From Parachlamydiales bacterium (lineage in GTDB: Bacteria > Chlamydiota > Chlamydiia > Chlamydiales > JAJFMK01), in assembly GCA_963704365.1 (NCBI GenBank), contig OY969899.1, positions 1,969,285 to 2,033,284 of the forward strand: a stretch of DNA of 64,000 nucleotides. Reading direction: 5' to 3'. Made by a program: the position numbers and the translations under genes. Shown here piece after piece: positions 39,017 to 49,482 of the stretch. Within the stretch, counting starts at the first letter, position 1; every line of letters begins with the position of its first letter. The notes below the pieces were generated by a model, which saw nothing but the letters and a program-made list of their open reading frames with translations, did no database searches and was not told the origin of the DNA.

Positions 39017-40050
39017 ACCAATGCAGTGAGACGTTCAAAAACCTCGTCTGCCGAGATTTTTTCCATGCACCGAAAATCGATCGGGCAAACGCGTCGGTAA
39101 CAGGGAGAACAAAAAACTTTTTTGTAAATGACCTCTCCAAATTTGTAGGGACCTGTTTTTGTCGGATTGGTGGAACCAAAAAGGGCGATTAAGGGGACCT
39201 GCAATGCCGCAGCGATGTGCATCGGTCCACTATCGTTTGAAAGAAATGCATCGCAAGCCTCAATAAGGGCTAACAATTCTCTCAGTGTTGTCTTACCTGC
39301 TAAGTTAACAACTCGCTCCCCCATCCCTTGGGTGATTTCGTCCACTAGAGCAGATCCTGCCATATCTCCAAAAACCACCATGAGATGGGGAGTTTCAACC
39401 ACTAACCGTTCCAACAACTTTTCAAAGGAAGTTTTTGGCCAACATTTAGCAGAGCCAAAAGCAGCTCCTGGGTTGATACCGATCACTTTTTGCCCAGGAA
39501 AAAGCTTCAGCCCATCTAGCCTATCTTTAGCGACTTTTTTTTCTTCAGGAGAAACATAAAGCCTTGGCAATGTATCTGATGGAGAAATTCCAAGGGGTAT
39601 TAACAAATCTTTGTAAATTTCAACTAGGTGGCGCTCTTCGATGTCCTTGGGCACTTGCACTGGATGGTTGAGCAAAAGAGAACGGCAATGGGTGGCAAAA
39701 CCGTAACGCTCTTTCACCCCCGCTCTCCAGAACCAGTAGGCAGATGAAAAAGAGTTGGTGAGGAGAACGCCTAAATCAAATTCTTCTTTTTTCAGTGGTA
39801 GGAGTAGGTTGGGATGAAGAGCTGTGTGGACCCATCCGCTGATTTTTTTGAAACGGAGGATCTGGTCGACATAGGGATTCCCTTGGATAAGATCTCCAAC
39901 GGCTCCCTGACACATAGCCGTGACACTGGCATCGGGGAAAGCTTGTTTGATATCTTGCAGGCAGGGTGTTGCCATGACAACATCACCCAGCCAGTTCGGC
40001 ATTCTTACAACAATCCGCTTCGGTTTCTTCACAGTTACAAGTCTACGCAT
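39013..40050 (-). CDS. waaF: LPS heptosyltransferase II (GT9)
   Basis: PNWLGDVVMATP, NPGAAFGSAKCWP, LAGKTTL, SNDSGPMHIAAAL, LFGST. Confidence 0.88.
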   Translation of the reverse strand: MRRLVTVKKPKRIVVRMPNWLGDVVMATPCLQDIKQAFPDASVTAMCQGAVGDLIQGNPYVDQILRFKKISGWVHTALHPNLLLPLKKEEFDLGVLLTNSFSSAYWFWRAGVKERYGFATHCRSLLLNHPVQVPKDIEERHLVEIYKDLLIPLGISPSDTLPRLYVSPEEKKVAKDRLDGLKLFPGQKVIGINPGAAFGSAKCWPKTSFEKLLERLVVETPHLMVVFGDMAGSALVDEITQGMGERVVNLAGKTTLRELLALIEACDAFLSNDSGPMHIAAALQVPLIALFGSTNPTKTGPYKFGEVIYKKVFCSPCYRRVCPIDFRCMEKISADEVFERLTALV

Positions 40051-40144
40051 GACTCCATTTATCCGAAAGCCTTGCGATATTTCTGATAAGCTAATTCATC
40101 ACGAAGCAAGAAAAGTTCTTAACTCCTTAGCAAGAAATAACAAT

Positions 40145-40425
40145 GGTTACGACTTCCAGATTCAATACGAAGAAGCTTCGCCAAAAAAGACTAATTTTAG
40201 GTAGACATTTTTTATTTTTTTGGTAACTTCGTCTACAAAATATATTTTTTGGATGCGAAGCACCTAAATAAAAAGAACTCTATCAAAATATCTTCTAGAA
40301 TAACGAAGCTTCTTTCGAGTCTCTCTAGTGAATTAAATTAGCAAAATTTTACAAACGAATAGCTTTTGCTTGGGATTTACCTTCGCGTCCTTCGTCTCTT
40401 CGTGTTGAATCTGGAAGTCGTAACC
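40145..40425. repeat. MITE-like element bounded by 29-bp inverted repeats, with degenerate palindrome-family pieces inside
   Basis: ggttacgacttccagattcaatacgaaga (40145-40173) vs tcttcgtgttgaatctggaagtcgtaacc (40397-40425): 28/29 complementary. Confidence 0.7.
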
Positions 40426-40436
40426 CACCTAAATTT

Positions 40437-41381
40437 TTATGTATAATGGTCTATGAGCTCGATGGCCCGCTCCTGATCCAACTTCCGCAGCTGGTCAAAC
40501 ACCTCCAACCCCTCAAGGGCCTTCCCTGACTGAAAGTAAAGTGTCCCTAACTTTTGCAACGCATCTAGGTCGTGGGGCCGCAGACGAGAAGCCTCCTCAA
40601 AAGCCTGCAACTCTTCGTCTTTTCTTCCTAGGTCACCTAAGGTGTAAGCCAATTGAAACAAAATCCAAGGATCATTGGGGTCGTATTGTCGTAAAATTTT
40701 AAATTCCAATAAGGCACGATTTGAGGCCTCTTGAAATTTGGTTAGTAATAGATTTTGGAAAACTTTATTGCCCCGCTTTTCTCCTTTATAAAGCTCTCCC
40801 AACAGGACATAGCTGTTGGCTAATGAGACGTGCAAATCGGGATTTAGAGGAGAAAGCTTGATCCGCTCAATCTCTTCACCAATGGCAAATTTTAACAACG
40901 ATTCTCGAATAAAAAAAAGATCATGCCAAAAAAGAAAAGCAAAGTGCTGGTTAAATTTTTTTAGGGGTCCGATTTGAAACTCAACCCCTTCCAGGGTTTT
41001 AGAACTTCTGATTAACGCCTCAACAACAAAGCGCCTCTCTTCAACTGTTGTCCCATCCCCATCAAAAATTCCACGTAAAGCTTCAACAAGTTCTCTTTGA
41101 ATCTCTTGGAATTTTTCGTACTTGATGCTTGCAAAGTAGACCCGTAACGAAAGGTAGGAAAAAAGGGTGAAAAGAAAAAGGGCCCCTGTAATAGCTGTTC
41201 CCCAGGAGATCGGAGAAATGGAAAGAAAGGACAAAAGGACTATCCCTTCCAGTCCCAAGATCAAAAAAAGGACAAGCTGATAGGTGAAATCTTTTTTTAT
41301 AGCTGACAACCAGCTCGCTTTTGCTTTTTCTGTTTCCTGACTTAAGAACCCTTGCAGCGGGTCGCTTTCTTCTGCGATCAT
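40437..41381 (-). CDS. Membrane-anchored TPR protein
   Basis: Two N-terminal TMs; C-terminal TPRs (HVSLANSYV, PNDPW..QLAY, LGTLYFQ.G). Confidence 0.75.
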   Translation of the reverse strand: MIAEESDPLQGFLSQETEKAKASWLSAIKKDFTYQLVLFLILGLEGIVLLSFLSISPISWGTAITGALFLFTLFSYLSLRVYFASIKYEKFQEIQRELVEALRGIFDGDGTTVEERRFVVEALIRSSKTLEGVEFQIGPLKKFNQHFAFLFWHDLFFIRESLLKFAIGEEIERIKLSPLNPDLHVSLANSYVLLGELYKGEKRGNKVFQNLLLTKFQEASNRALLEFKILRQYDPNDPWILFQLAYTLGDLGRKDEELQAFEEASRLRPHDLDALQKLGTLYFQSGKALEGLEVFDQLRKLDQERAIELIDHYT

Positions 41382-41395
41382 GTATACGAGAGTAG

Positions 41396-42682
41396 GTGAA
41401 ATTCTCTTCAGTGTTCAAGTCTTTATCGATCTTTTGTTTTTTATTCCTGGTTTCGACCGCCGCTTTGTTCCCATCAGAAGGGACGCGCGGCCTTCTTAAC
41501 CCCAAGGCGATTGCCCTCGTCCTCTTTGTCTTATCGTTTACCGCCTATTTTTTGACGGAACGAAAAGTTGAGGAAAAAGAGCTGTTCACGATCGGCGGTT
41601 TTTTTCTGCTATTAGGAGGAATGGTCACCTGGATCGTGATTGCCCTTTTAAATGGACGGATCGAACCGATTGCCATCATTGACGAATCGAAACTTTTTCT
41701 TATTACTTTCCTTCCGTTTTTTGGAGCCAAGATCTTGCATCAACGTGGTGCGCTCAAATTTTCGACATTTCTTAAAACTCTTCTTTATGCAAACAGCCTC
41801 TACACCCTTGCAAAGATAGGCTTTTTGATGCTTGTTTTTTTAAAAATCATCTCCTTTTCGACCTTTTTGGATGTGACCGGAATCCGGGTGATGAGTCTTG
41901 ACGTGGCTGGCAGTTTCAACCGCTTTTTGACTTCGTGTGATCTGTTCACCCCTTTTTTATTGTTTTTTGTAGCTGCAAGAAAGAGCTTTGGCCTCAAACT
42001 CAACCGGGTTTTTGTCTATTTGTACATTCCACTTTCGCTTTTGTCGATTGCGATCGCGTTCTCTAGGGTATTTCTCTTTATAGGGGTCTTTTCTCTCCTC
42101 CTTGCCCTCTTATTGCAATTCCAGAAAAAAGCTATTTTTGCTTTTTATGTCACCCTGTTCCTCTGTTTGGGAATCACAGCGTTACTAGGGCCTGAAAAAG
42201 TGGTTTCGATGGTCGAATTGCGCCTCTTTAGCCGCGAAAACACAGCATCAGATGTTGTCCGAGAAGGACAAATAAAGGCTTTAATCGATGAAGCGTCAGA
42301 GCATCCTCTTCTAGGATTAGGAATGGGTGGCTATTCGCACGAGGTGATCCGAGATACCGATGTTTTACATCTCTACGAGGTGCAATGGTTAGCACTCCTT
42401 GCCCAATTTGGATTTATTGGATTACCCCTTCTGCTTGCACCGGTCTTTGTCCTCTTTTTCTCTTTTTTAAAAGGGGTGCTTACCTTTGAAAGGCTCTTTT
42501 TATTCACCCTCTTTCTCGGTTGGATCGCTTCTGGCGCCACTAACCCCTTCGTCCTTTCGCTTGCAAGCGGCGTGATGTATACTTTGTTCTTCTTAGGACT
42601 TAAAGAACTTGAAACCGGTTACCTACATCACACCCACCAAATCGTTCGTTCAACTCCTACAGGAGTGCCGATCGTCTCTTGA
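41396..42682 (+). CDS. O-antigen ligase/polymerase family (Wzy_C/WaaL-like) membrane protein
   Basis: About 11 TMs; FSR motif; loop S..VR..Q...HPLLGLGMG; QFGFIG. Confidence 0.75.
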   Translation: MKFSSVFKSLSIFCFLFLVSTAALFPSEGTRGLLNPKAIALVLFVLSFTAYFLTERKVEEKELFTIGGFFLLLGGMVTWIVIALLNGRIEPIAIIDESKLFLITFLPFFGAKILHQRGALKFSTFLKTLLYANSLYTLAKIGFLMLVFLKIISFSTFLDVTGIRVMSLDVAGSFNRFLTSCDLFTPFLLFFVAARKSFGLKLNRVFVYLYIPLSLLSIAIAFSRVFLFIGVFSLLLALLLQFQKKAIFAFYVTLFLCLGITALLGPEKVVSMVELRLFSRENTASDVVREGQIKALIDEASEHPLLGLGMGGYSHEVIRDTDVLHLYEVQWLALLAQFGFIGLPLLLAPVFVLFFSFLKGVLTFERLFLFTLFLGWIASGATNPFVLSLASGVMYTLFFLGLKELETGYLHHTHQIVRSTPTGVPIVS

Positions 42683-43427
42683 ACTATTAAAATGTCTAGT
42701 TTGGCGAGACATTTTAGTCCGATACAAAGAGGCCTCTTTAGGCATTTTGTGGGCCCTTTTTCGCCCAGCTTTAAGCGTTGTTCTGTTGACCTATCTATTT
42801 GGTGTTGTGGCTAAACTCCCCTCTGCCAATGCTCCCTATTCCCTTTTTGTTTTAGCCGGCATTATCCCCTGGCAGCTGGTTGTTAGCGTCCTGCAAACCT
42901 CAAGCACTAGCTTTATCCTCAACCATGAATTGATCTCGAAAATTTATTTCCCACGTATTCATCTGGTTTTAAGCAATCTGCTGGTCAACTCGGTTGACCT
43001 TGTGGTGTCCCTGGTTGTGTTTCTCCCGTTCCTTTTTTTCCAAGTAGGCTTCCGTTGGGAAAATCTATTGTTACTTTTGCTGTTACCGCTTTTACTGCTT
43101 CTTGCCTTTTCGGTTGCACTGCTGGTTTCCTCCCTTTCGATCCGGATCAGAGATCTTGTCATCGCAGTTCCTTACCTGTCTCAAATCTCCCTTTTTTTAA
43201 CGCCAGTTGGATACAGCTCAAACCTCATCGAGGGGTGGGGCGCTTTTCTTCTCTATCTGAACCCTCTGACCGGCATTATAGAGGGGTTTAGATACGCTTT
43301 GTTGGGAATAGTCCATCCCCATTTAGAATGGACCCTAACATTGTCGATTGTCACTACACTTTCTTTTTTACTAGCAGCTCTATTTTTCTTTAAAAGGACC
43401 GATCAGATCTTATCGGATGTGCTATGA
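42609..43427 (+). CDS. wzm: O-antigen ABC exporter permease
   Basis: RDILVRYK..LGILWA..P, LISKIYFPR, FLTPVGY, LNPLTGIIEGFR. Confidence 0.9.
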   Translation: MKPVTYITPTKSFVQLLQECRSSLELLKCLVWRDILVRYKEASLGILWALFRPALSVVLLTYLFGVVAKLPSANAPYSLFVLAGIIPWQLVVSVLQTSSTSFILNHELISKIYFPRIHLVLSNLLVNSVDLVVSLVVFLPFLFFQVGFRWENLLLLLLLPLLLLLAFSVALLVSSLSIRIRDLVIAVPYLSQISLFLTPVGYSSNLIEGWGAFLLYLNPLTGIIEGFRYALLGIVHPHLEWTLTLSIVTTLSFLLAALFFFKRTDQILSDVL

Positions 43428-44254
43428 GTCTGATCGTCAAAAATTTGGGAAAAGTATACGAGATTGACTCCTTAAGCCAAAAAGTAGGGGGAGGGGCAAA
43501 AGAGCTCTTTAAAAAACTGCTTCATAAACTTAGGTCTCCTTTCTCCTCATCGACTTCGAAAAAGATCTTTGTCGCCCTAGATGATGTTTCATTTAGCATA
43601 CAGCCCGGTGAACGGGTCGCCCTTCTGGGCGAAAATGGGGCAGGAAAATCAACTTTGCTAAAGATATTATCGGGTGTGACTCTTCCAACGAGTGGCGAGG
43701 CCCAGATCATTGGCAAAATTGCCTCTCTATTAGAAATAGGGGCAGGTTTTCATCCCGACTTAACAGGTAAAGAAAACATCTTTTTAAATGGGGCTATCTT
43801 AGGCCTTTCAAGAGGCGAGATTGAGAAGCTCTATACCCAAATCGTCACATTTGCCGAGGTGGAGGAATTCCTTGAAACACCAGTCAAACATTTTTCCTCT
43901 GGAATGCGGGCAAGGCTTGCTTTCTCTATTGCGATCCACACCGAACCAGATCTTTTGATTTTGGACGAAGCGTTATCTGTTGGAGACCAGTCGTTTCAAG
44001 AGCGATGTCAGGAAAAAGTTGAGATGCTAGCAGCGAGGGGAACGACTCTCTTATTTGTAGCCCACCAGATCGAACCTTTGTTGAAACTATGCCAAAGGGG
44101 ACTTTATCTGGAGCATGGAAAACTTGTCTTGGATGGAGGCATCCAAGAAGTAGTGACCCACTATTTAATCACATCTTCTAAAAAACAGATTTCACCCAAG
44201 GCTTTTTTTGTAAAACAGGGCGAAACATCCAGTAAGAAAGTCGTCAGATTTTAG
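43424..44254 (+). CDS. wzt: O-antigen ABC exporter ATPase (no C-terminal carbohydrate-binding domain)
   Basis: GENGAGKSTLL, LLEIGAGFHPDLTG.EN, SSGM.ARLAF, LDE.LSVGD. Confidence 0.92.
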   Translation: MSLIVKNLGKVYEIDSLSQKVGGGAKELFKKLLHKLRSPFSSSTSKKIFVALDDVSFSIQPGERVALLGENGAGKSTLLKILSGVTLPTSGEAQIIGKIASLLEIGAGFHPDLTGKENIFLNGAILGLSRGEIEKLYTQIVTFAEVEEFLETPVKHFSSGMRARLAFSIAIHTEPDLLILDEALSVGDQSFQERCQEKVEMLAARGTTLLFVAHQIEPLLKLCQRGLYLEHGKLVLDGGIQEVVTHYLITSSKKQISPKAFFVKQGETSSKKVVRF

Positions 44255-44454
44255 TCTTAAAGCTTGTCAAAAATGCCCTTCTAACAAAGCTAACCAGGCT
44301 CGAAGGTACTTCATAGCCCATTTCTTTCCCTTACTACGGAGCGCTTGGAGTGCCAAGCTCCTCTTTAGCTTTCGGATTTAAAAATAGGAAAGCAAAGGAG
44401 GAACTCTCAGTACAAATGCTAAAGGATCGCTATGAGCAAGTTTCTTCGTCTTTT

Positions 44455-47400
44455 TCATATCATTTGGCTTTTGATCTTCCTCACCATATCCTCAATAGCT
44501 TTACACTCTTTCGATTCCTCGGGGAAAAGGGTTCGTGCCGCTTCAAGCCCTGTCAGTGCGACATTATTATCTTTTGTTTTATCACAGGCTTCAATCAGTA
44601 GATTTAAGATCCGTATGGACCCAGGATGATCTGCTCCATTATGCTTCGTCCTAAGCTTCAAGGCAGCTACGTATAGGTCAATAATTTCCTTGTTGGCGTC
44701 TCCGTTTATTTTTAGTGACGTATCAGCCAGATTGCTTTGGATGATTGCAAAATGTTCGCTATCTTCATTGCCAGCTCCCCTCATTTGTTGTAAAGCAGCA
44801 TTGAAGTTATTCTTAGCGTCATTCAGCAATTTATTGTACTCAGCCTCGCCTTTCTGGTAATCTGCTGCATTCTCAAAGCAGACATCTCCAAGGTTATTAT
44901 AATTTTTACCCGCCATTATATGGTAAAAATTCTTCCATGAATTATTTCTATTAATGAGTGCTAATATTTGCTGAATAGCAATGTTGTAGTTTCTTCTTGC
45001 AGCACCATAGTGTTCCTTCCTGTTATCTCCAGCCTCAAAGTAAGCGAGGACGGCATAAGCGTTGGCTAGGGTCAGTTGATCATCAAGTACCTCAGGGCTC
45101 ACCGTATCTACCGTCGGCTGCAATCTAATTTGCTCTTGAAGTCTTTGATCAAATTGCGTAATCCGTTGACTAAGATCGGTTTTTATTTTCGTTAATTCTT
45201 GTTCATTTCCAGGTTGTTTTAAATCTTCTTTATTTTCATCCCATTTCTTAAAAACAGCTTTATCCAACAGTTGATCAACTACTATTTCCCTTGATCTATT
45301 TTTAATTTCAGGGTTTTTTAAAATGGCTTTAGCTTCATCCAAAGTGGCATTAATGGAATCAAACTTTTCTTTAACTAACAGTCCGCGACCCAAGCAAAGT
45401 AATGACTCAAAATGAACCAAGGAGTTAGGAAAATATCGCTTTGCAAGTTCTACAGCAGTGTTTGCATGTTCTAAGGCCCAATCAGTTTGCCCACGAGCAG
45501 AAGCGTAGTAAGACGAGAGGCCACAAAGAAGCTTAACATGGGCTTCAGCTTCAAAAACGGCAGTAAAACAATCAGTACCTGACGCATATTTCAAAAATGA
45601 TCGGAGGTGAGGAGCAAATTGATCCGCTTTATCCCAAGTCTCAGGATTATGGCTATCATACTTCCATAAATTGGAGAATGTCTTCAAAAGTTCTCCGAGG
45701 ATCTCTTTTTTTCCATCGGATCCCATTTCTTTCTCAATATATTTTTGAAAAAGTCGCTCTACTGAATAGGTATAAGGGTTTCTAACGCTGAACAAAAAAT
45801 CGTCGCTTAAATGGAGTAATTCGCCATTAAGATGGTCTTCTTTCAAATCCTTTGGCAGGAGCAACTCACGCGGAATATTTTCTGCAAAAAGTAGGGAGGC
45901 CCTTTTTAATATCTCGAAAGACCACTTCGACTCCTTATTCAATTCTTCCAAACGATAGTTCCAGATCCCCTTTAATGACCACATATAGTCTTCTGGGGTA
46001 GATTCATCAGTCATCAACTTCATATCAAGATTTGCCTTAACCAAATTAGCAAAAGCACTTAGTGTTCTTTGGGCGGGAGGAAGGTTTCGGAATGTGATAC
46101 CTAACATCGCCAATATTAGCGGGAACCTGCCTGAACTACTGACTATTTTTTCTAGAGCTTCTTTATTACTTTCTTTGTAACTATTTCTACTTTCCTTATC
46201 TTTCATCAAGAGGTTAGCTAGGAGGTCGACCCCTTGACGAACGTCCTCAAAAGAGCCGATGTCTAGCTGACAAGGATGAGGCTCCTGTTCGGTCCCATTC
46301 CAACTGGTATTAGTAGTTACAATTGCTTTCACATGGCCACTATCACAGTCTTTCTCCCCTGGGAAAAAGACGTTTAGAACTTGGTCAACAGCACCCCTGT
46401 CTTTCACATTATCAATGATAAAAATACAGCTTGCTCCTTCATCTCTCAATTTATTTTTCACTTTTTTAAGTACCGAATCATCACTTTCATTTTGGTTCAC
46501 AATCCCTGAAGCAATTCTACGGAGGCTGGAGATAGGATCGGCACCAGATAACTGCCAACAATAATCGTAATGCAATCCTATAGCATAGCTTGCGGCAAGT
46601 AACGATTTACCAGCTCCATGAGGCCCTTTAAGAACAACGTAAGGATTGGAATATAAAATTCCTCTCATTTTTTCTATCTCGGACGTACGTTCTACAAAGT
46701 GGTCAAGAAGTTTATTGTCTATCCCCCATTGGGGAAGTAACCTTCGACTACTCCTTGCCGTACTAAGATCAATTAAAATCTTCTTGATGTCTCTTATGCA
46801 TTGGCTGTTCAAGTCACCCATGCCAAATTGGATCCCATCACGTTCCTCTATTTTGTCACATTCGCTTTGAACTTTTTCCAAATAGTGCAGCAAGTCGGTA
46901 AAGTTTTTTACCCAATCACGTTCAATCTTAGTTAGAGTTTTCTGGCTTTCCTTTAGCTGCTTTAATCTCTCAGTTTCTTCTTCTGTTAGACTTGCACCTA
47001 TTTTTTGCGTTAATTTATTAATCTTACTATTAACCCAAGCCTTTTCATCCCCTAGCCCCCGCGTTGCTATGACAGCCCTTATTCCCCCCATCTTCCCATC
47101 ATCACGATCAATGCTATCCAGGAATTGGATGATAAGAGGTTTTCCCATCTCATCTAAAACACACGCCTGCTGGTAAAAGGATGGATGCAAGTTTAAACTC
47201 TTAATAATTTCCTTTGCACAAGCGCGTATTTTTGCGCTGTTACGGTAGTACAACCAATAATCGTTGAAAGTTAAATGCAGAAATAAAAATCTTAACCCCC
47301 CCTCCAGGATTATACGATCGCTGTTACCCACTTCAGAAAGAATTGAACTCAGAAGTTGAAGTGCACCATAGGTAATTTCCCAACCGATGCTGAACTGAAA

Positions 47401-48462
47401 ACCTGTAGTTCTCACTGCCTCTTTTAAAAAAAGAGAAAAGACTTCTGTATTTGGCTTTCTTTTATCACTTATGACTTGAAAGCGCAGTCCCTTTAGGGCT
47501 AGCAAGTGGCCATATTCTTTAGCCTTCAAGTGATCTCTAATCCTCAAATAAATCATTTTGACAACATCAAAAATCTCTTTTCCAACAGTTGTAAACTGTG
47601 ACGCTGCTGTACCGTGGTCATTCAAACTCAAGGCTGCAGCACCTACCCCTGCATCAATCAGCAGTGTCGCTGCTTGCACACTGAGGCCTTCCAAAAATTT
47701 TCTTACAACACCTTGGTTAGTCTCAAAAACTTCCATAGCCGCACTGGAAATTTTTAAATAAAAATGGACATTGCGCTGAAGAGGGTCAGCTTTCGTGATT
47801 CCCCCGTTGATTAATCCTTCAATATCTCCCTTCATTTTAGCGTGCCAATCTGCTTCAACAGGAGTACCAGAGTGATGAAGATAAAGAAACATATATAAAT
47901 CTAAGTGCAACCACAATAAAAGCCCTAAAAGCTCTTTTACTTCCAATGACACGCCTGCGTTCTGCTGAGTTGCTTTAAGAAAATCAACAATTTTAACAGC
48001 CATAGCTCTTGGTTGAATATTTCCGATCGTCAGAGGTGTCGTTTGAACTTGTCGCTGCACCGATTCCTCTACATCGCGACATACTTTGCAGAACAGCTTG
48101 TCTACCGCAACCAAAACCTCCCAGGAGGTTGCTCCTTTATCATTAACAAGGTTAGTTAGGTCACCTACCATTTCGGTCGAAGTTTGATCGCCCGTCAATG
48201 TATGAGTGACGCTAAAAGAGGTGTTTTTTACTTCTACAACACTGTTTGAAGGAGTTAGGTTAATTGCACTCTTAACTTTTTCAAAGAGAGCCGCAGTCTT
48301 TTTAAATAAATGACTGGAAGTTAAAGAGGGTCGGCCTGGGAGAAGAACGGTGCACCTAGTGCCATTTACCATGGTGTACAGACCTTGTTGATCAAGATAA
48401 ACGTTTCCTTGTGGATGTCTTAAGAATAATTGTGGTTGCACCGTCATGGTCATCTGCTTCAA
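44455..48462 (-). CDS. Large STAND NTPase (NB-ARC-like) with C-terminal TPRs and an unknown N-terminal helical domain (NLR-like)
   Basis: FVER, Walker A GPHGAGKS, Walker B FIIDNV, IVTT, GRFPLIL (GxPL), kinesin-light-chain-type TPRs (YNNLG, SNLA, GADHP). Confidence 0.85.
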   Translation of the reverse strand: MKQMTMTVQPQLFLRHPQGNVYLDQQGLYTMVNGTRCTVLLPGRPSLTSSHLFKKTAALFEKVKSAINLTPSNSVVEVKNTSFSVTHTLTGDQTSTEMVGDLTNLVNDKGATSWEVLVAVDKLFCKVCRDVEESVQRQVQTTPLTIGNIQPRAMAVKIVDFLKATQQNAGVSLEVKELLGLLLWLHLDLYMFLYLHHSGTPVEADWHAKMKGDIEGLINGGITKADPLQRNVHFYLKISSAAMEVFETNQGVVRKFLEGLSVQAATLLIDAGVGAAALSLNDHGTAASQFTTVGKEIFDVVKMIYLRIRDHLKAKEYGHLLALKGLRFQVISDKRKPNTEVFSLFLKEAVRTTGFQFSIGWEITYGALQLLSSILSEVGNSDRIILEGGLRFLFLHLTFNDYWLYYRNSAKIRACAKEIIKSLNLHPSFYQQACVLDEMGKPLIIQFLDSIDRDDGKMGGIRAVIATRGLGDEKAWVNSKINKLTQKIGASLTEEETERLKQLKESQKTLTKIERDWVKNFTDLLHYLEKVQSECDKIEERDGIQFGMGDLNSQCIRDIKKILIDLSTARSSRRLLPQWGIDNKLLDHFVERTSEIEKMRGILYSNPYVVLKGPHGAGKSLLAASYAIGLHYDYCWQLSGADPISSLRRIASGIVNQNESDDSVLKKVKNKLRDEGASCIFIIDNVKDRGAVDQVLNVFFPGEKDCDSGHVKAIVTTNTSWNGTEQEPHPCQLDIGSFEDVRQGVDLLANLLMKDKESRNSYKESNKEALEKIVSSSGRFPLILAMLGITFRNLPPAQRTLSAFANLVKANLDMKLMTDESTPEDYMWSLKGIWNYRLEELNKESKWSFEILKRASLLFAENIPRELLLPKDLKEDHLNGELLHLSDDFLFSVRNPYTYSVERLFQKYIEKEMGSDGKKEILGELLKTFSNLWKYDSHNPETWDKADQFAPHLRSFLKYASGTDCFTAVFEAEAHVKLLCGLSSYYASARGQTDWALEHANTAVELAKRYFPNSLVHFESLLCLGRGLLVKEKFDSINATLDEAKAILKNPEIKNRSREIVVDQLLDKAVFKKWDENKEDLKQPGNEQELTKIKTDLSQRITQFDQRLQEQIRLQPTVDTVSPEVLDDQLTLANAYAVLAYFEAGDNRKEHYGAARRNYNIAIQQILALINRNNSWKNFYHIMAGKNYNNLGDVCFENAADYQKGEAEYNKLLNDAKNNFNAALQQMRGAGNEDSEHFAIIQSNLADTSLKINGDANKEIIDLYVAALKLRTKHNGADHPGSIRILNLLIEACDKTKDNNVALTGLEAARTLFPEESKECKAIEDMVRKIKSQMI

Positions 48463-48573
48463 TCTCTTTTTTAAATAAAAATCGAAAAATTCATGAGTCG
48501 TCTTTTTTTTTCAAGAAGAAAATCATGACAAGTCAGAGCTCGTATTAGAAAGTAATCGGCTCACGCGAAGAGA

Positions 48574-49482
48574 CTATTGGGTTAATCCCATTTTTTGGCG
48601 GAGTGGAGCGATGTAAGGGACAATGGCATCGTCAGGCTCTTGATTGAATAGCTCTAACCTTTTCTGTAGATAGGGACTCATCCCACCCATTTTTTTCGTC
48701 CGAGTCAGCTTAACGTTTTGGTAAAATTCCTCATCCCGTGACCAATAGTGGTTGATTTGAGCCCTATCAATCTCCACTTCCTGGGTAAGATTTTGATGGG
48801 GAGTCACAGGGTGTCCTGCCATATCAACAATTCTGTCATTGCCATTAAAGACACACTGGTGAGGGCCAATAAAATAATTTATCCTATTCGGCCGAACAAT
48901 CATTTTGAAAAGCCGGTTTTCTGTTAAGTCTCTTGGCCCTCGCAACATGAGGGTCTCGATCATCAATTTTCCATCAGGAATGCGAGCCACATGAGATGAA
49001 CCAAACATTTGCCAGTTGATCGCAATGGCAGCCTCATTTTGAAACCCATCTAAAATCCCTGCCAGTGTTTCACCATTCTTTGGCACGACAAACTCGTCTG
49101 TATCGATCACTATCAACCATTTTGTTTCATTCTTAGCCTTCTGAAGGGCCCAGTGATAGGCTGACATTTGCAATCTGTTCCACGCCAAGACAACATTCTT
49201 GTTTTGATGGCGATAGAGCTTATTTTCATTTGTATCTTGTGTTTCATGCCTAAGCTCCACAATGCCCGATGCAATATAGGGCGCTAAGACTGTTTCATAG
49301 TCATCAGTGCTTTTGTGGTTGGTTAAGTAAAAATGTTCTACTCCAATGAGGCGGTGGTATTCAATCCACTCTTTTAAAAAACGGGCCTCATCACGAAAAA
49401 TCGCTGTGATGGCCATGTCGTAGGCTTCCAAGGAAAAAGTTAAAAGAAAGCAGAGGCTAAACAGGCGTAAAAACATGATCAA
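48574..49482 (-). CDS. Glycosyltransferase family 92/GT2-like, with signal peptide
   Basis: AIFRDEARFLKEWIEYH.LIGVEHFY, W..VIDTDEF, INWQMFG, INHYW.RD. Confidence 0.85.
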   Translation of the reverse strand: MIMFLRLFSLCFLLTFSLEAYDMAITAIFRDEARFLKEWIEYHRLIGVEHFYLTNHKSTDDYETVLAPYIASGIVELRHETQDTNENKLYRHQNKNVVLAWNRLQMSAYHWALQKAKNETKWLIVIDTDEFVVPKNGETLAGILDGFQNEAAIAINWQMFGSSHVARIPDGKLMIETLMLRGPRDLTENRLFKMIVRPNRINYFIGPHQCVFNGNDRIVDMAGHPVTPHQNLTQEVEIDRAQINHYWSRDEEFYQNVKLTRTKKMGGMSPYLQKRLELFNQEPDDAIVPYIAPLRQKMGLTQ

